A DNA stretch of 52,233 nt, counting the filler, from Diploschistes diacapsis (Eukaryota), in NCBI GenBank assembly GCA_023645945.1. It is 3 parts of 3 records of this genome, joined end to end, with 100 filler letters (N's around TTAATTAATTAA, not from the genome) between each part and the next. Parts side by side here need not be neighbours in the genome. Positions count along the whole stretch, not along the records: positions 1 to 17,372 come from JALAIB010000458.1; positions 17,473 to 34,828 come from JALAIB010000459.1; 1 more part is not named here. One strand, 5' to 3'. Shown here one piece after another: positions 11,448-24,140 of this stretch. Position 1 is the first letter of the stretch. Every line of letters begins with the position of its first letter. The notes beneath the pieces were generated by a model. That model was not told the origin of the DNA. It did no database searches and saw only the letters and a program-made list of their open reading frames with translations. The translations under genes were made by a program, and so were the position numbers.

Positions 11448-14400
11448 ATGGCTGTAGCAGGATCAAAGGCGGAAAGTCAAAGCACCGACAGCCCCCAGCT
11501 TAGCACCGTCAAATTCGCGGCTGTCCCAATAAATGGCTTCCCCTTCAGGGCCGTTCTGCAAGAGGCTAGTCCCGTACAAGACACGAGCAAAACACGCTGG
11601 GGGTTAAGCAAAGAGAAGAGGTCGAAGAGCGAAGAGGGCGCACCAACACAAGGGCTGAATGGAATCCTAAGACAGTCTCCTGCTACGCTAGAACCGCAGG
11701 ACGAAGCCGCACTAGATAATCGTCCGTCGAGCTCCGGGAATGGCGAACCGACTGGTCGAAGGAGTGTACAATTCCTGCGTCCAAACTATGGCAACGGAGA
11801 GGCGAAGGCACCGGGAAGGTCCAATCCTGCAGACGTTGGGCTAGCAGATCAAGCTATCAAGGACTGGCGCGGGGTTTCTCTCCTTTCAAAACTTCGCGCG
11901 TTCACGTCGTCTTCGAGCAGTACTCCCCGCAGTCATGCTCATGCCCGAAGTCCGAGCGGCTACACAATTGGGGGCGAATCTATCGATACACACTACGATA
12001 TCTTTACTCCAGAGTCCAACGTCCCACCATCTTCATACGCCGACAGCCCACATGACTATTTCGCTCCCAGCGCCGATAATAGTGATGCAGATAGCGAGGA
12101 AAGTGCCGAAGAGCAAGCGAATGCTGCTGCTTCTGCGAAGGCAAGGAGAAGGAGAAAAAGCCGCAGACCTCTGGATGCTGGTGCTCAGACAGCACCTACT
12201 ACACCTAAGACTCCATTTATCCGTGAAAGACCAAATATATTCCCCTTTCATTCTCAAGCATCCAACGAAAGGAGTCCTCAACCTGGATTCTTGCCAAGGA
12301 GATCAACCATGACTGATCTACCTAGTGCAGATCGCCACATAGCCTCCGAGGACGAAGGTGGAGAGCGAGTTGCAAGTGAAAGTCCCTGGCGGCGCGCTCA
12401 TGTTTTGCGCGGAATGAGCTCCAATAGGATTCGCAAGTCACATCAGAGGACTGACAGTGAGACTAACAAACCTAGTAGGCTACGGCGTGCGCTTAGCGGT
12501 ATCGACGGGCCAGGCGAACCCGGAGAAGTGTCGCTCTGGAGGCTCCGCGGCGAAAGAACTGCTTCATTAAGCGCATCGAAATGGCGGCAGATAAAAGCTG
12601 GTCTGAAGATGATTGGGCGCCAAAGGCGTGTTGAGAACACGATTGACCATGCAAAGTCCGCGGAGTTATTGGCCGAGCTTTCAGCCGGTATTCCAGCCGC
12701 ATTGATGCTTGCTAGCATGTTTCAGCGGGACGAGCACGGGAATAAAAGGATTCCGATATTGCTTGAGCAGCTCAAGGTCAAGCTCACAGACAGCCAAGAT
12801 GTGCTGGTGAGGCCGGGTGATAGGCAAACCTCGTTCCGCTTGGAACTAGAATACGGCAATGGACCGACGCGAATGAGGTGGGTTATTCACAGATCCTTAA
12901 GGGATTTCACCAACCTTCATGCAAAGTATAAGCTTCAAAGGCAAGCTCAGAAAATTAAACAATTCAGGAAGGATGACTCGAGGGCGAGACTACCGCGCTT
13001 CCCTCGCAGTGCGTTCCCGTTTCTCAGGGGTATCCGCGGAACAGGAGTCAGCGACTCTGAAGAAGAGGAGGAACCAGATAATGCAACTGATGCCAACGCA
13101 AACGACCGGCCGGCTGCAAAAAAGAGACAGTCCTCAGCACTGATGCGTCGGGAATCTAGCGTCCCCAATGGATCGATTGCTGGCCAGGGTATTGGTGAGG
13201 TTGGCCCGGTTCACACGGCCGCGGCGCGAAGGGATCAATGGCCAGACAGGCAGCGCAAGAAGCTGGAGATCTACCTGCAGCAAATGATTCGATATGTCAT
13301 GTTTCGGCCGGAGAGCAACCGGCTATGCAAGTTTCTGGAGCTTTCGGCTCTAGGTGTACGATTGGCGGCAGAGGGAAGCTACCACGGGAAAGAAGGCTAC
13401 TTGGTCATACAATCAGGAAAAGGGGTAGACTTCCGTCGAGCTTGGCACCCATCCGTAGTCAAAGATCGTCACAAATCCAAGTGGTTCCTTGTACGGCACA
13501 GTTACATAGTTTGCGTCGACTCGCCCGAGGCGATGAACATTTACGATGTTTTCTTGATTGACTCCAGCTTCCGCATCGTGGCCAGAAAACACCGCGTCCC
13601 TTTTCGAGACCAGAATGCGAAGTCAATCGCCAAGACCGCGAAACAGTCGGCAGCGCATCCGCAACACCATTCACTCAAGCTGTACAATTCCGAGCGGAAG
13701 CTGAAGCTTCTGGCGAAGCATGAGCGGCAACTGGATCAATTCGAGCAGTCAATTCAGCAAACGATCTCAGATTCTCCTTGGTCAAAGAAGAACAGGTTCG
13801 ATAGCTTTGCTCCTGTACGAAGCAATGTCTTTGCTCAATGGCTGGTCGATGGACGAGACTATATGTGGAACGTTTCGAGGGCTATTAGTATGGCGAAGGA
13901 TGTGATCTACATTCATGATTGGTGGCTGAGCCCGGAACTGTATATGAGGCGGCCCGCTGCAATCAGCAAGAAGTGGCGCCTAGATCGGCTGCTACAGAAG
14001 AAGGCTCGAGAAGGTGTCAAAATATTCGTTATTGTCTACCGCAACATCAACTCTGCTATTCCTATCGACTCGGAGTACACCAAGTTCTCTCTCCTCGACC
14101 TGGATCCGAACATCTTCGTTCAGAGATCACCAAATCAGATTAGACAGGGCACCTTCTTCTGGGCGCATCACGAGAAAATGTGCGTCATAGATCATATGAT
14201 TGCTTTTGTTGGGGGCATAGACCTGTGCTTTGGCCGCTGGGATACTCCTCAGCACGAAGTTTCAGACGACAAACTAACGGGGTTCGAGGAGTCAGAGGTG
14301 CCCAAAGATGCCGATCACTGTCAGCTATGGCCTGGGAAGGACTACTCGAATCCGCGTGTGCAAGATTTCTATGCTCTAGACAAGCCTTACGAAGAGATGT

Positions 14401-16965
14401 ACAATCGATCTAAGGTACCACGTATGCCGTGGCATGACATTGCCATGCAAGTAGTTGGTCAGCCAGCTCGTGACTTGACACGGCACTTCGTGCAAAGATG
14501 GAACTACATTTTGCGGCAGCGCAAACCAACTCGACCTACCCCTTTTCTGCTACCACCGCCGGAATTCGTGCCGGCAGATCTTGAAGCCCTTGGCCTGAAT
14601 GGTACTTGCGAAGTACAGATACTGAGATCCTGTGGCATGTGGTCGATGGGCACGCCAGATCGGACCGAGCACAGCATAATGACTGCCTATACCAAAATGA
14701 TTCAACAATCCGAACACCTTGTCTATATCGAGAACCAATTCTTCGTTAGCACGTGTGAAATGGAAGGCACAAGGATAGAAAATACCATTGGCGAGGCTCT
14801 CGTCGAACGAATCATCCGCGCCAACCGCGATGATGAGGACTGGAGAGCTATCATCGTTATCCCTCTAATGCCAGGCTTCCAGAACACGGTCGACAGTCAA
14901 GACGGAACGAGCGTTCGACTGATCATGCAGTGTCAATTTCGCAGTATATGCCGCGGTGACTCCTCAATCTTTGGCCGTCTTCGAGCTGAAGGTATTGAAC
15001 CCGAGGACTATATCCAGTTTTACAGCCTTCGGTCATGGGGCACAATCGGGCCCACCAAAACACTAGTCACAGAACAGCTATACATCCACGCCAAGTGCAT
15101 GATAGTCGATGACCAGATCGCCATCATTGGGTCAGCAAACATCAACGAGCGCTCGATGTTGGGCAACCGGGACTCTGAACTTGCAGCCGTGGTTCGTGAT
15201 ACGGACAGGATCTGGTCGACCATGGCAGGGCAACCTTACCAAGTCGGTCGCTTCCCTCACACTCTTCGTATGCGCCTAATGCGAGAGCATCTCGGCGTAG
15301 ACGTGGACGAGGTTATGGAAGCCGAGTTCCAGGAAGGAAACGCTGCGGTGGAAGAGGTTGTGGATCGAGAAAGTGTGCCAGCAGGCGGTGGTACTTCGCC
15401 GATAGACGATGGAAATTCAGAGGATGATCAAAGCTTACAGGAGGCTGTTATTGCAAGAACCGAGGCCTTCCCGAGCTTCAATCACGATGCAGACAGGGAA
15501 CAGTCGAAGAACCCGAACGTGCGAAACAACAAAAACCCGACCTCGGACGCGAGGGTCACCAACAATCCTGAGCACCGGAAAGATGTGGAAGGCCAAGGAG
15601 CGGATCATATGAACGATACTTTAGAGATCAGTCGACAAAGAAGGTCTACAGCAGCGTCTAAACGTCCTGCCAGCCCAGCTACAGCCAAGAGCGAGAATAT
15701 CGGCGAAGACGGCATGGGCAATACTGACCTTCCTCCGCCGATTTTTGAACGGACTTCAACTAGCGAGCTAGGCCTCCTTCACATTCCTCAACTCCCACCT
15801 CTACCTAAGACTGACGATACCGACATCGGAGGGCCGCCCTTGCACCGAACTGTCGATGACTCTTCCCTACCCTTCAACCCACTCCTGGCTTCCATGAAAC
15901 GGCCCGAAGTCAAGAAGGACTGCATGCGGGATCCTCTTAGCGACGGGTTCTATCAAGACATTTGGCACACCGTCGCCGAGAACAACACTGCCCTTTTCCG
16001 GGCCGTCTTCCGGTGCATGCCAGACAACGATGTTAAGACGTGGAAAGAATACAAAGAATACTCTGCCTACGCCGAGCGCTTCGCTCAGGCACAAGGTGGC
16101 GGCAAGAGTAAGATACGCGTGCAGCAAGATAGCCCTGGCGCGTCCGGCCCACCTGGCGCTGGCACACAGGCCGAAAAACTCCGTGTATTTAGCGTACCTG
16201 GGGAGGTTGCAGCCAGCATGGGCGAAAAAATAGGCGATCTAGAAGGGAAGATCAACGAGAAGATCATGAGCAGCAAGGCCGAAGACCAGGCCCGGTTCGA
16301 CGGTACTGTCGAGGACTGGGCCGCGGACGCCACCCGCGAGAACAGAGCCCGCTTCACCGACGCCAGCAAGAACAGCGCGCCTGTCAAAGAGACGGATCCG
16401 CTGGACGAAAAACTCGCTCTGAAGCAAGCCGCGGAAAAAGAGTCCGCTCCAGCAGGGCCCTACTCTAACCCTCCCACCTCGAACAATCTATCTTCCCTCT
16501 ACTCCACCTCTGCTAACGCCGTAACCTCCACCCCCACCGACCCCAGCAGGGTGACCGCGCCCTTGGACGGCACCGCTGAGCCCCAGCTTTCAAATATCAC
16601 CCTGCCTAACACCATCACGAACTCGTGCTTGACGACAACGAAGCAGCAGCAACAGCAGTCACAGCAGCGCCGGCGAAAGGGCATGACGATGAGCAGCAAG
16701 AAGGGCTTCAAGGCCAGCGACGAGATCGTGCCCACAGAGGAGGCGCGGAGGTTGTTGAGTCTTGTGCAGGGCCACCTGATCGTTTGGCCGTACGACTGGC
16801 TGGCAAAGGAGGAGGCGGGCGGAAATTGGCTGTATAGTATTGATCAATTGGCGCCGTTGGAGATCTAGTGAGTCTGCCCCGCCCTCTGCCCCCTGACTCC
16901 CTCTGCATTTAGGTCGTTCTTATGGTGGATCTGTGTACGGTTACTAACCTTTTTTTAGTAACTAA
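11448..16965 (+). CDS. SPO14: phospholipase D1 (PX-PH-HKD type), ~1808 aa
   Basis: Two HKD motifs (HHEKMCVID, HAKCMIVD followed by IGSANIN), DWWLSPE, PRMPWHD and YIENQFF motifs, and a PX/PH region upstream. Intron 16868-16958 (GTGAGT...ACTAAC...TAG) followed by a 7-nt exon gives ...LAPLEIYN*. Confidence 0.97.
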
Positions 16966-17091
16966 CCCTTATCTTTTCCGGAAACTAGATGGAGGGCACG
17001 CTGGGTTTGTAGGTATAGATGGTAGGGGTTCTTCCCGCGCAAGCGAGGAGGTCCGTATATTTTCTGCATGATAGAAGTAGGTGCAAGCGTG

Positions 17092-17129
17092 AGCATCGGC
17101 ATCAGCATCAGCATCAGCATCAGCATCAG
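17092..17129. repeat. (AGCATC)n hexamer repeat in the PLD 3' region
   Basis: AGCATCGGCATCAGCATCAGCATCAGCATCAGCATCAG. Confidence 0.85.
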
Positions 17130-17372
17130 TATTAGCGGAATCAAGCTATCTTCCTTCGTGACATTTCAGGATGTTGGGGGGCATGAAGCACTCCTACACC
17201 TTCCGCTCTGCTGTCTTGCCATGCTCTACCTTGCCACGCTATATCATGCCAGGTAAGGAAGATAAGGCAAAGCCCATTTCCACCACCTCCATCATCCGAT
17301 CTAGTATAGCCAGTAAGGTGCTATTGGGCAATCATCGAGGCAGCCATCTCGACAGGCAGACAAAGGCCCCCC

Positions 17373-17472
17373 NNNNNNNNNNNNNNNNNNNNNNNNNNNN
17401 NNNNNNNNNNNNNNNNTTAATTAATTAANNNNNNNNNNNNNNNNNNNNNNNNNNNNNNNNNNNNNNNNNNNN
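17373..17472. other. artificial contig linker (44N + TTAATTAATTAA + 44N)
   Basis: Exactly 100 nt. The central 12-mer gives stop codons in all six frames, and the linker is identical to the one at 34829. Confidence 0.97.
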
Positions 17473-17932
17473 GCAGCGGTACACTTCAAAAGTTTATCGT
17501 GTTATTAATCACTCTATATCGCACGGAATTTTTTTAAAAGAATTTATATATATTGAGCGTAGTTTTAAATGTCTTTTATAATCTTTTCAATCCCTAAAAC
17601 CTTTAATTGATGAGTTGGGAGCTTCCTGAAATGCGAAAATTTTGGTGTGTTTTGGTGGAGGGACCATTACTTTTGGGACGTGACTGTAGGTGGGCGGATG
17701 ACTTGTGAAAGACGTTAGAATAAGACATGCCCAATTACGTCATAAGTCGTAGGCGTGACAAGTTGCTACCTACCCAGGCACATGAAAGCATCTGCATTTA
17801 CCATCCTCTTGGTCCTTTGACACCGCTTATGACTGTGCCCTTCTTGTAAAGTTCTTGATTTAATGGCCTTTCTTCCTAGCTGGAGTACGGCAGGCTCGTC
17901 CAACATCGAGATCCCGTTCTTCCAGAACTTCC

Positions 17933-20152
17933 ATGGCCGACAAAAATCGGAAAACAAACGGCCCATCTCCCTATGATGATGGAGCAGCAAACCCTTGGGA
18001 CATACCTGATTTTCAAACCGAGTTTATTAAACCAGAGGAACTTGACTCTTTTGCGCAAGCTTTGAATGCTCCCGATACAAACCGTGTCACTGCACTCAAC
18101 GACTGGCGACCAGTGCAACAAAGAGTTCGACGCAAACATGAACGAGGTAGGAGGAAGAAGCCGAGGAGAAACAGGGACGAGACAAGGGAGGGTCATTTGT
18201 ATTCCATCCTCAAGTGGCCGATGTTGTTGGTAGTGTTTAGTTGGATCTTCGTACTTGGCCTTTCGTATTTGCTCACCAGACTCTATGTTTGGGCTTACGA
18301 GCGGTTGTTTGCCTGGAGGGGAGAAAGGCAGAGGTTACGTCAAGAGCTTAGATCAAAGACAAACTACGCAGATTGGATTATTGCTGCGAAGAAACTCGAC
18401 TCGTTTCTTGGAACAGAATTATGGAAGGAGCAAGACGAATATGCCTACTATGACCACGTGACAGTTAAAAGAGTGAAAAACCAGCTGCGCCAACATCGGG
18501 AACAAGCGAGCGACCGGTCGTCGAAGAGTACCAACGCCTCTAGGAACCAAGCCGTCGAAGAGCTCCGGAGTCTTGTTGAAGCTTGCGCAAAAGGCAACTT
18601 TGCGGGCACAGAGAACCCAAAAATCTATCACGAGACGTATTATGGAACCAAGAACTTGATTCAAGAGTTTATTGACGAGCTTGAGAGATCTCTGTCATTC
18701 CTACTCGAACACTCGTTTTTACCTTGTGAAGACAAGTTTACACTCTCGAAGCACCTGCATACGAACCTTGGCCGCACCGCACTGTGTCTTTCGGGAGGCG
18801 CTTCGTTTGCCTACTATCACTTTGGAGTTGTTAAAGCTTTGCTAGATGCGAATCTTTTACCAGACGTCGTGACAGGAACATCCGGAGGAGCACTGGTGGC
18901 TGCTTTGGTAGCCACCCGAACGAACGAGGAGCTCAAGGCCTTGATCGTGCCGGCATTGTCCTATCGCATCACCGCTTGTGAGGAAAATTTCTCCACCTGG
19001 CTCGTTCGATGGTGGAGGACAGGGGCTCGCTTCGATAGTCTCCAGTGGGCAAGGAAGTGTAGCTGGTTTACTAGAGGCAGTATGACATTTAAAGAGGCAT
19101 ATGAGCGCACCGGCAGAATACTCAATATAACGTGCATTCCTTCCGACCCTCATTCCCCAACGATCTTGGCTAACTATCTAACGGCCCCAAATTGTGTCAT
19201 TTGGTCGGCCGTTCTTGCATCAGCAGCAGTGCCAGGCATACTGAATCCTGTCGTTTTAATGATGAAAACTCGCGATGGCACTCTAGCTCCGTACTCTTTT
19301 GGTCACAAATGGAAAGATGGTAGCTTACGCACTGACATCCCTCTGCGAGCGCTAAATCTGCATTTCAATGTTAACTTCAGCATTGTCAGCCAGGTCAACC
19401 CGCACATTAATTTGTTCTTCTTTTCATCGCGTGGGACAGTTGGGCGGCCAGTTACCCATCGACGCGGTCGCGGTTGGCGGGGGGGCTTCCTCGGATCTGC
19501 CATCGAACAGTATCTTAAACTCGATCTTAGCAAATGGCTAAAGGTGCTAAGGCATCTTGAGCTACTACCACGACCGCTAGGCCAGGACTGGTCAGAGATC
19601 TGGCTGCAGAATTTCAGCGGCACCATCACCATCTGGCCGCGAAGCAAAGCATCTGATTTTGCCTATATACTCTCCGATCCCAATCCCAAACGTCTCGCTC
19701 GTATGATTCAAGTTGGTCAATCCAGCACTTTTCCCAAGCTTCTTTTCATCGCGAACCGAATGAAGATCGAGCGCCTTATCGAGCAGGGTCTACTTCTTGG
19801 AAAGGGAGGGCGAGATAGCATGCATCTTGGAGGCCAGGCTCGGAGGAACACTCTTACCTCTATGGGGTTGACCGGTCCGCTTCACTCTTCTGCACAAGAC
19901 TTCGCATCATGGACAAGCGAAGAGATGCCACTCGTCGAAACGCCAACAAGTTCAAGCACAGGAAAGGCTGCGTTTAGTAGGAGTAGTAGCGCACGCAGGC
20001 TAAGCGGCACCATGGAGGAGCTGCGGCGACAAAGTCTCGTGTTCTTTGACGATACCCATACGGATGGGGAAGATACAGAAGGTAGCGCTGTAGAGGAAGA
20101 GGAACCGTTTGGGCAAGACGTTGTTGAAGGGGGCGCCACGAGGGTTGGATGA
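17933..20152 (+). CDS. patatin-like phospholipase / TAG lipase (Tgl3/4/5-related, DUF3336 + patatin), 739 aa, intronless
   Basis: N-terminal TM segment (WPMLLVVFSWIFVLGLSYLL), oxyanion loop LCLSGGASFAYYHFG, nucleophile GTSGG, ASAAVPG, catalytic Asp in WKDGS, SQVNPHI. Confidence 0.95.
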   Translation: MADKNRKTNGPSPYDDGAANPWDIPDFQTEFIKPEELDSFAQALNAPDTNRVTALNDWRPVQQRVRRKHERGRRKKPRRNRDETREGHLYSILKWPMLLVVFSWIFVLGLSYLLTRLYVWAYERLFAWRGERQRLRQELRSKTNYADWIIAAKKLDSFLGTELWKEQDEYAYYDHVTVKRVKNQLRQHREQASDRSSKSTNASRNQAVEELRSLVEACAKGNFAGTENPKIYHETYYGTKNLIQEFIDELERSLSFLLEHSFLPCEDKFTLSKHLHTNLGRTALCLSGGASFAYYHFGVVKALLDANLLPDVVTGTSGGALVAALVATRTNEELKALIVPALSYRITACEENFSTWLVRWWRTGARFDSLQWARKCSWFTRGSMTFKEAYERTGRILNITCIPSDPHSPTILANYLTAPNCVIWSAVLASAAVPGILNPVVLMMKTRDGTLAPYSFGHKWKDGSLRTDIPLRALNLHFNVNFSIVSQVNPHINLFFFSSRGTVGRPVTHRRGRGWRGGFLGSAIEQYLKLDLSKWLKVLRHLELLPRPLGQDWSEIWLQNFSGTITIWPRSKASDFAYILSDPNPKRLARMIQVGQSSTFPKLLFIANRMKIERLIEQGLLLGKGGRDSMHLGGQARRNTLTSMGLTGPLHSSAQDFASWTSEEMPLVETPTSSSTGKAAFSRSSSARRLSGTMEELRRQSLVFFDDTHTDGEDTEGSAVEEEEPFGQDVVEGGATRVG

Positions 20153-22656
20153 GAAGGCAGAGGAGCGACTTGTGCACCCGCTGCTATGATGAGATGGACA
20201 TAGCTCGTATAAGCTCGGCATGAATATGAACTTAAGGAACTGGAATTGCTATCAAGACGAGGAGACTTCGCAATCTCCAAGGTAGGCGAAAGAAGTACAT
20301 CATACCTCGACCGAAGTCCTGATGAACAACCCGAAGTGATTACCAGGGATGATCTCGTCCAGCTTACAGCCCCAACATGAGCGGCAATGGAGTACCAGTA
20401 TGTCACGAAGAAGTATGCTTTTCACATGAGATAGTCCGGCGCAGCATTGCCGGAGTTTGTGCATCAGCGACAGGCAAAGGTTACTTGCAGTATGTATACT
20501 TTGCTATATACAATCGCGCGTAGGTGTCGAATTTAAACACAGTTACCTTGGGATGGATGCTTGATTACCAATTATTAGCTTGGCCCCTTTTTTTTTCGCC
20601 CATTAATCCCTCCTTTTCCCCTCTACGTCCCCACAAGGAAGTGACAGGCGCTAACAGTTGGACGATAATAAGGTCTGTAGAAACATAATGAAGCAAAAGC
20701 ATTCCCACGGTCCTACCTCAGCCACTGTCACTGGTCTAACGTTTTCGATAAATCAATGATGGCGGCTCGAGCCTCAGGGCCGAAACCGTTCACCATAGAG
20801 TAGTTGGGTATTTCGGGATCTCGGCCAGAAGCTCGCTCAGAGCATGCTCAGTACCTACTCCGCCCTGGCGCCAAATCTGCACGTTCAGGTTAACTTATCG
20901 GTTGATGGCCCTGATGCGGAGCCTCAACGAGGGGGCCTTGGGGTCCGGGAATCTGCATCTCTATTTTGTGACAAGTCATTGCAAAAATCTTGTCACCGCG
21001 AGGCCTGATGACGAGTAAGACATGGCTTCATAACGGTTGCGGGACGCAACACTAGCTAGCTTAGTAGAAAGGAATCATCGAACAAGCGAGATGTTCTTAT
21101 TTTCAAGGCTAGTCAAATGAATATCCTTCGCTTGCTTCAAGATTGGCGAAGAAAATACTTGAGAGCTCAAGCTGGAGTATTGGGTGAGACTCCTGCTGAA
21201 CCAACTTCTTTAGGCTTGGCTCAGTAGCGTATGCATACTTGATCCCTTCTCTGAGAGTTTTCTAATATTATGTATGGAGCTAGGATGCATTGAGATTTGC
21301 AAATAACACGCCGGAAGAACCTCATTGGCTGGAAGGGCCTTTTGCTTCCGATGACGGTGTCTCCACCATCACCGTAGGAACTCAACTTGTAAAGCAATCG
21401 AGAGGGTGGTTGGCCTTGTGCGTCCGATGGCAGCAGCACTTTGAGGACACCGAAATACTTTTCCTAGTGCGGGCTCCGAAAATTCTGTAGCAGAAATGCG
21501 AAACACTTGATGCTCGGTCTCCCTATTTCCCTCGGATTGAGCTCAGGCTGCAGCATCAATGAAGACATGGGGACTGACTGAGGAGTACTTCAATTGGGCA
21601 TGGTACTGCCGTGAGCTTGTTACATCTGTCAGTCCTTGTGATTTCAACTCATCTCGGATCATACTCCAGGATGCTGAAGAATGAGCCGAGTTGTAACTGT
21701 TCGCGGCGGAGGGGGATAACGAAATCTCCTGGCAAGCTTGCATTTGTCCCCGCTTCCAAATGGTATATGATTGCCGAGGGTACAGGTGGTGCATAATGTG
21801 AGTCTCTTCTCCGAGAGCTTGATATCCACGGTCAAGCAAGGATCCAAAAAAAAATTGCAGTTCCCTCAAGAATGCTGGTAGCTTCATGACAGCTGGATCG
21901 AATGGTAGCAGAAAAGCAAAGGCCATGAGAGGATGGAGGACAAGAGCCCGGCAGGCGGTAGTAGTTAGTAGACACAAGTAATCCTTTGACATTTGGAACC
22001 GACTTGCTGTCCTTCACGGCTCGGAGGAATTTCGGACAATCTTCACGTTCCGAGTTGGGAGCGACGCCATGCCGGAAGGGGTTAGACCATGTATCCTGAT
22101 GAGTACAGCTTGGACTGCGAGTGAGCCCGAGGGTCAGTCTCACAACAATAACAATTAGAATCGTATCGAGTCTGAGTAGTGAAATTGAAGCCCTTACTGT
22201 AGGTTATTTGCACGTTCAGTAATCGTAATCTGTACAATGTCTGCCTGTGCGGAGACAATCGGCCACTGTTGGCGCTGGCATAGGTGGTCAGTCAGCCACA
22301 CACACACACTCCCGGTCCCACATCTCATATTTAGAAAGATGTACTCGTCGCAAGTTGCAACAGGAACAGGCACTGACAGAAATGATTGCGTGCTCAGTTC
22401 CTCCGCCGCAGCATTGGGCTCTCTGCAGTCCAGATGTCGAGGTGATCCAATGGGGTTGCGGGAAAGGAATCATGTACTAGTTCAGTATGAAAGCGAACTA
22501 CTTAGGTGGGGGGTGGTGGTTAGTAGCGCCAAAAAAAGGAAAGACCGGCACACCAGGGGGGCACAGGACGTTATCACAGGCTGCACGTCTGATTGAGTAA
22601 GTAAGCCCAGCCGTATCCCCGGGGGGGTCAAGCAGTCAAAAGAGCCAAGCGGGCCC

Positions 22657-22659
<3 letters not shown>

Positions 22660-22733
<74 letters not shown>
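22660..22733. repeat. (TTA)n microsatellite
   Basis: About 24 perfect units. Confidence 0.97.
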
Positions 22734-24140
22734 TTCTTCCTGTATGGGAGCTTGTCCACCTGCCGAATAACACCCTTTGAGGCTGCACCACGTATCCTGG
22801 GGTTCAGGGCTGCCCATCCCTTAGTCCAGAGCCGCACGTACTACCTAACTTCTAAGTACAGAAAGGTGCGTATACCTCACTCATTTAACAGTCCTTGGTC
22901 ACACCCTTCTGCGCTTTTAGGACGCCGGCAAGCTCCATCCATCAACTGCCACTGGCTCCTCCTCGCATGGCCGCCCAATTATGAAATACAAATTCTCCCT
23001 CCCCATTGTTCGCCTTGTGTCTCTTTGCTAGGCTCGAAGTCGTGACATCTCCGTTACAATGGATCAACGCCCAATCTGGCTCCTGACCTGCCACTCCGTA
23101 CTCTAACTTTATGTACACACCCCATTCAGATTTCCGCCCCCTCACTCATACGGATTCCCCCTCCTTAATCAGCCATTCACTTTCCTATTGTTCTCTTCTT
23201 TTCTTTACTCACCCACGCCATTATTTCCCCCAGACACACGCAGCGCTCGTTCCTCATCCAACTTTGCGCACCGACCCCGTTGTCGTTGTCTCGTGCCTGG
23301 ACCCTAACCACACCTCGCGCCGATTGCCGTCTTCGTCTCCATTGCCCCTCCTAGGCTTTTCTTCAGCCTCACTTCCGTCGCTCAAAACTATCAGTTTCTG
23401 GTTTGGAATAGAGTCTTCATATTCGCTATTCACACCGGCTTATTCAGCTTTGGGACACGGCAATCTATTGTAGGTCCACCCACCCAGACTTTAACCTCTG
23501 GTGTTAGCTTTGGACCCCACGGTCCAGCAGGGAGGGGGCATTGTGTCTCCAATATAAGCCTTGAGAATCGCATTCTGACTTCTCGGTGACTACACGGCCG
23601 AGAGTATTCCCCCTGGTGTGCCTCCCGTCTGCTCAGCTGGTGTGGAGGGATCAAAGCAAAGTTCGCAGTTCAGCTTCGACGTTTTTGACTGGGAGTGTTG
23701 TTCGGTGGGAGATCCATTCTTTGAGAAAGGTATTTCGCTTTCCTTTTTCCTTTTGCAGCGTCGCTGCAGTTGATATATCAATGGAAACCACGTAAGGGCT
23801 GGACTTGATTACTGTTCGGGTAGCCTAGAGCGGACGGATGTATTGCCGGCGCATGGTCAGCGTTTCGGCTCAGCTGCTGGCTCTGAAAACACCGCTGGCT
23901 CACACCTGGATCTGATGTTGTCCAAAAAAACTTGCCCCATTGGGCATGGGCGAGGCAACAGTTACAGATGCGAAACTTTACAGTGACTTGTTTCCCCTAA
24001 CATCATGCCACGAGCTGGATGTCGCTACGATTTCTCAGTTATCCAATAACTCCTGTGACCCTCGCACAGGATGAATTATCAGCTCTTTAATTGCACCAAA
24101 ACAGTAGGGTCTAGCCTAATAAGCTGACTGTAGAAACTAG

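Noticed and set aside
17417..17428. TTAATTAATTAA palindrome (piggyBac TTAA or PacI-like)
   Set aside because: Embedded in N runs and repeated identically, so it is an assembly linker
20153..20380. Protein-like frame continuing after the patatin stop
   Set aside because: Three in-frame stops and no splice combination that bypasses them
21200..22600. Several 60-150 aa ORFs
   Set aside because: No motifs, inconsistent strands, and trial splicing gave stops
23301..23309. ACCCTAACC, a possible telomerase RNA template
   Set aside because: A 9-mer is expected by chance in C-rich leader DNA; no pseudoknot or CR4/5 elements recognised
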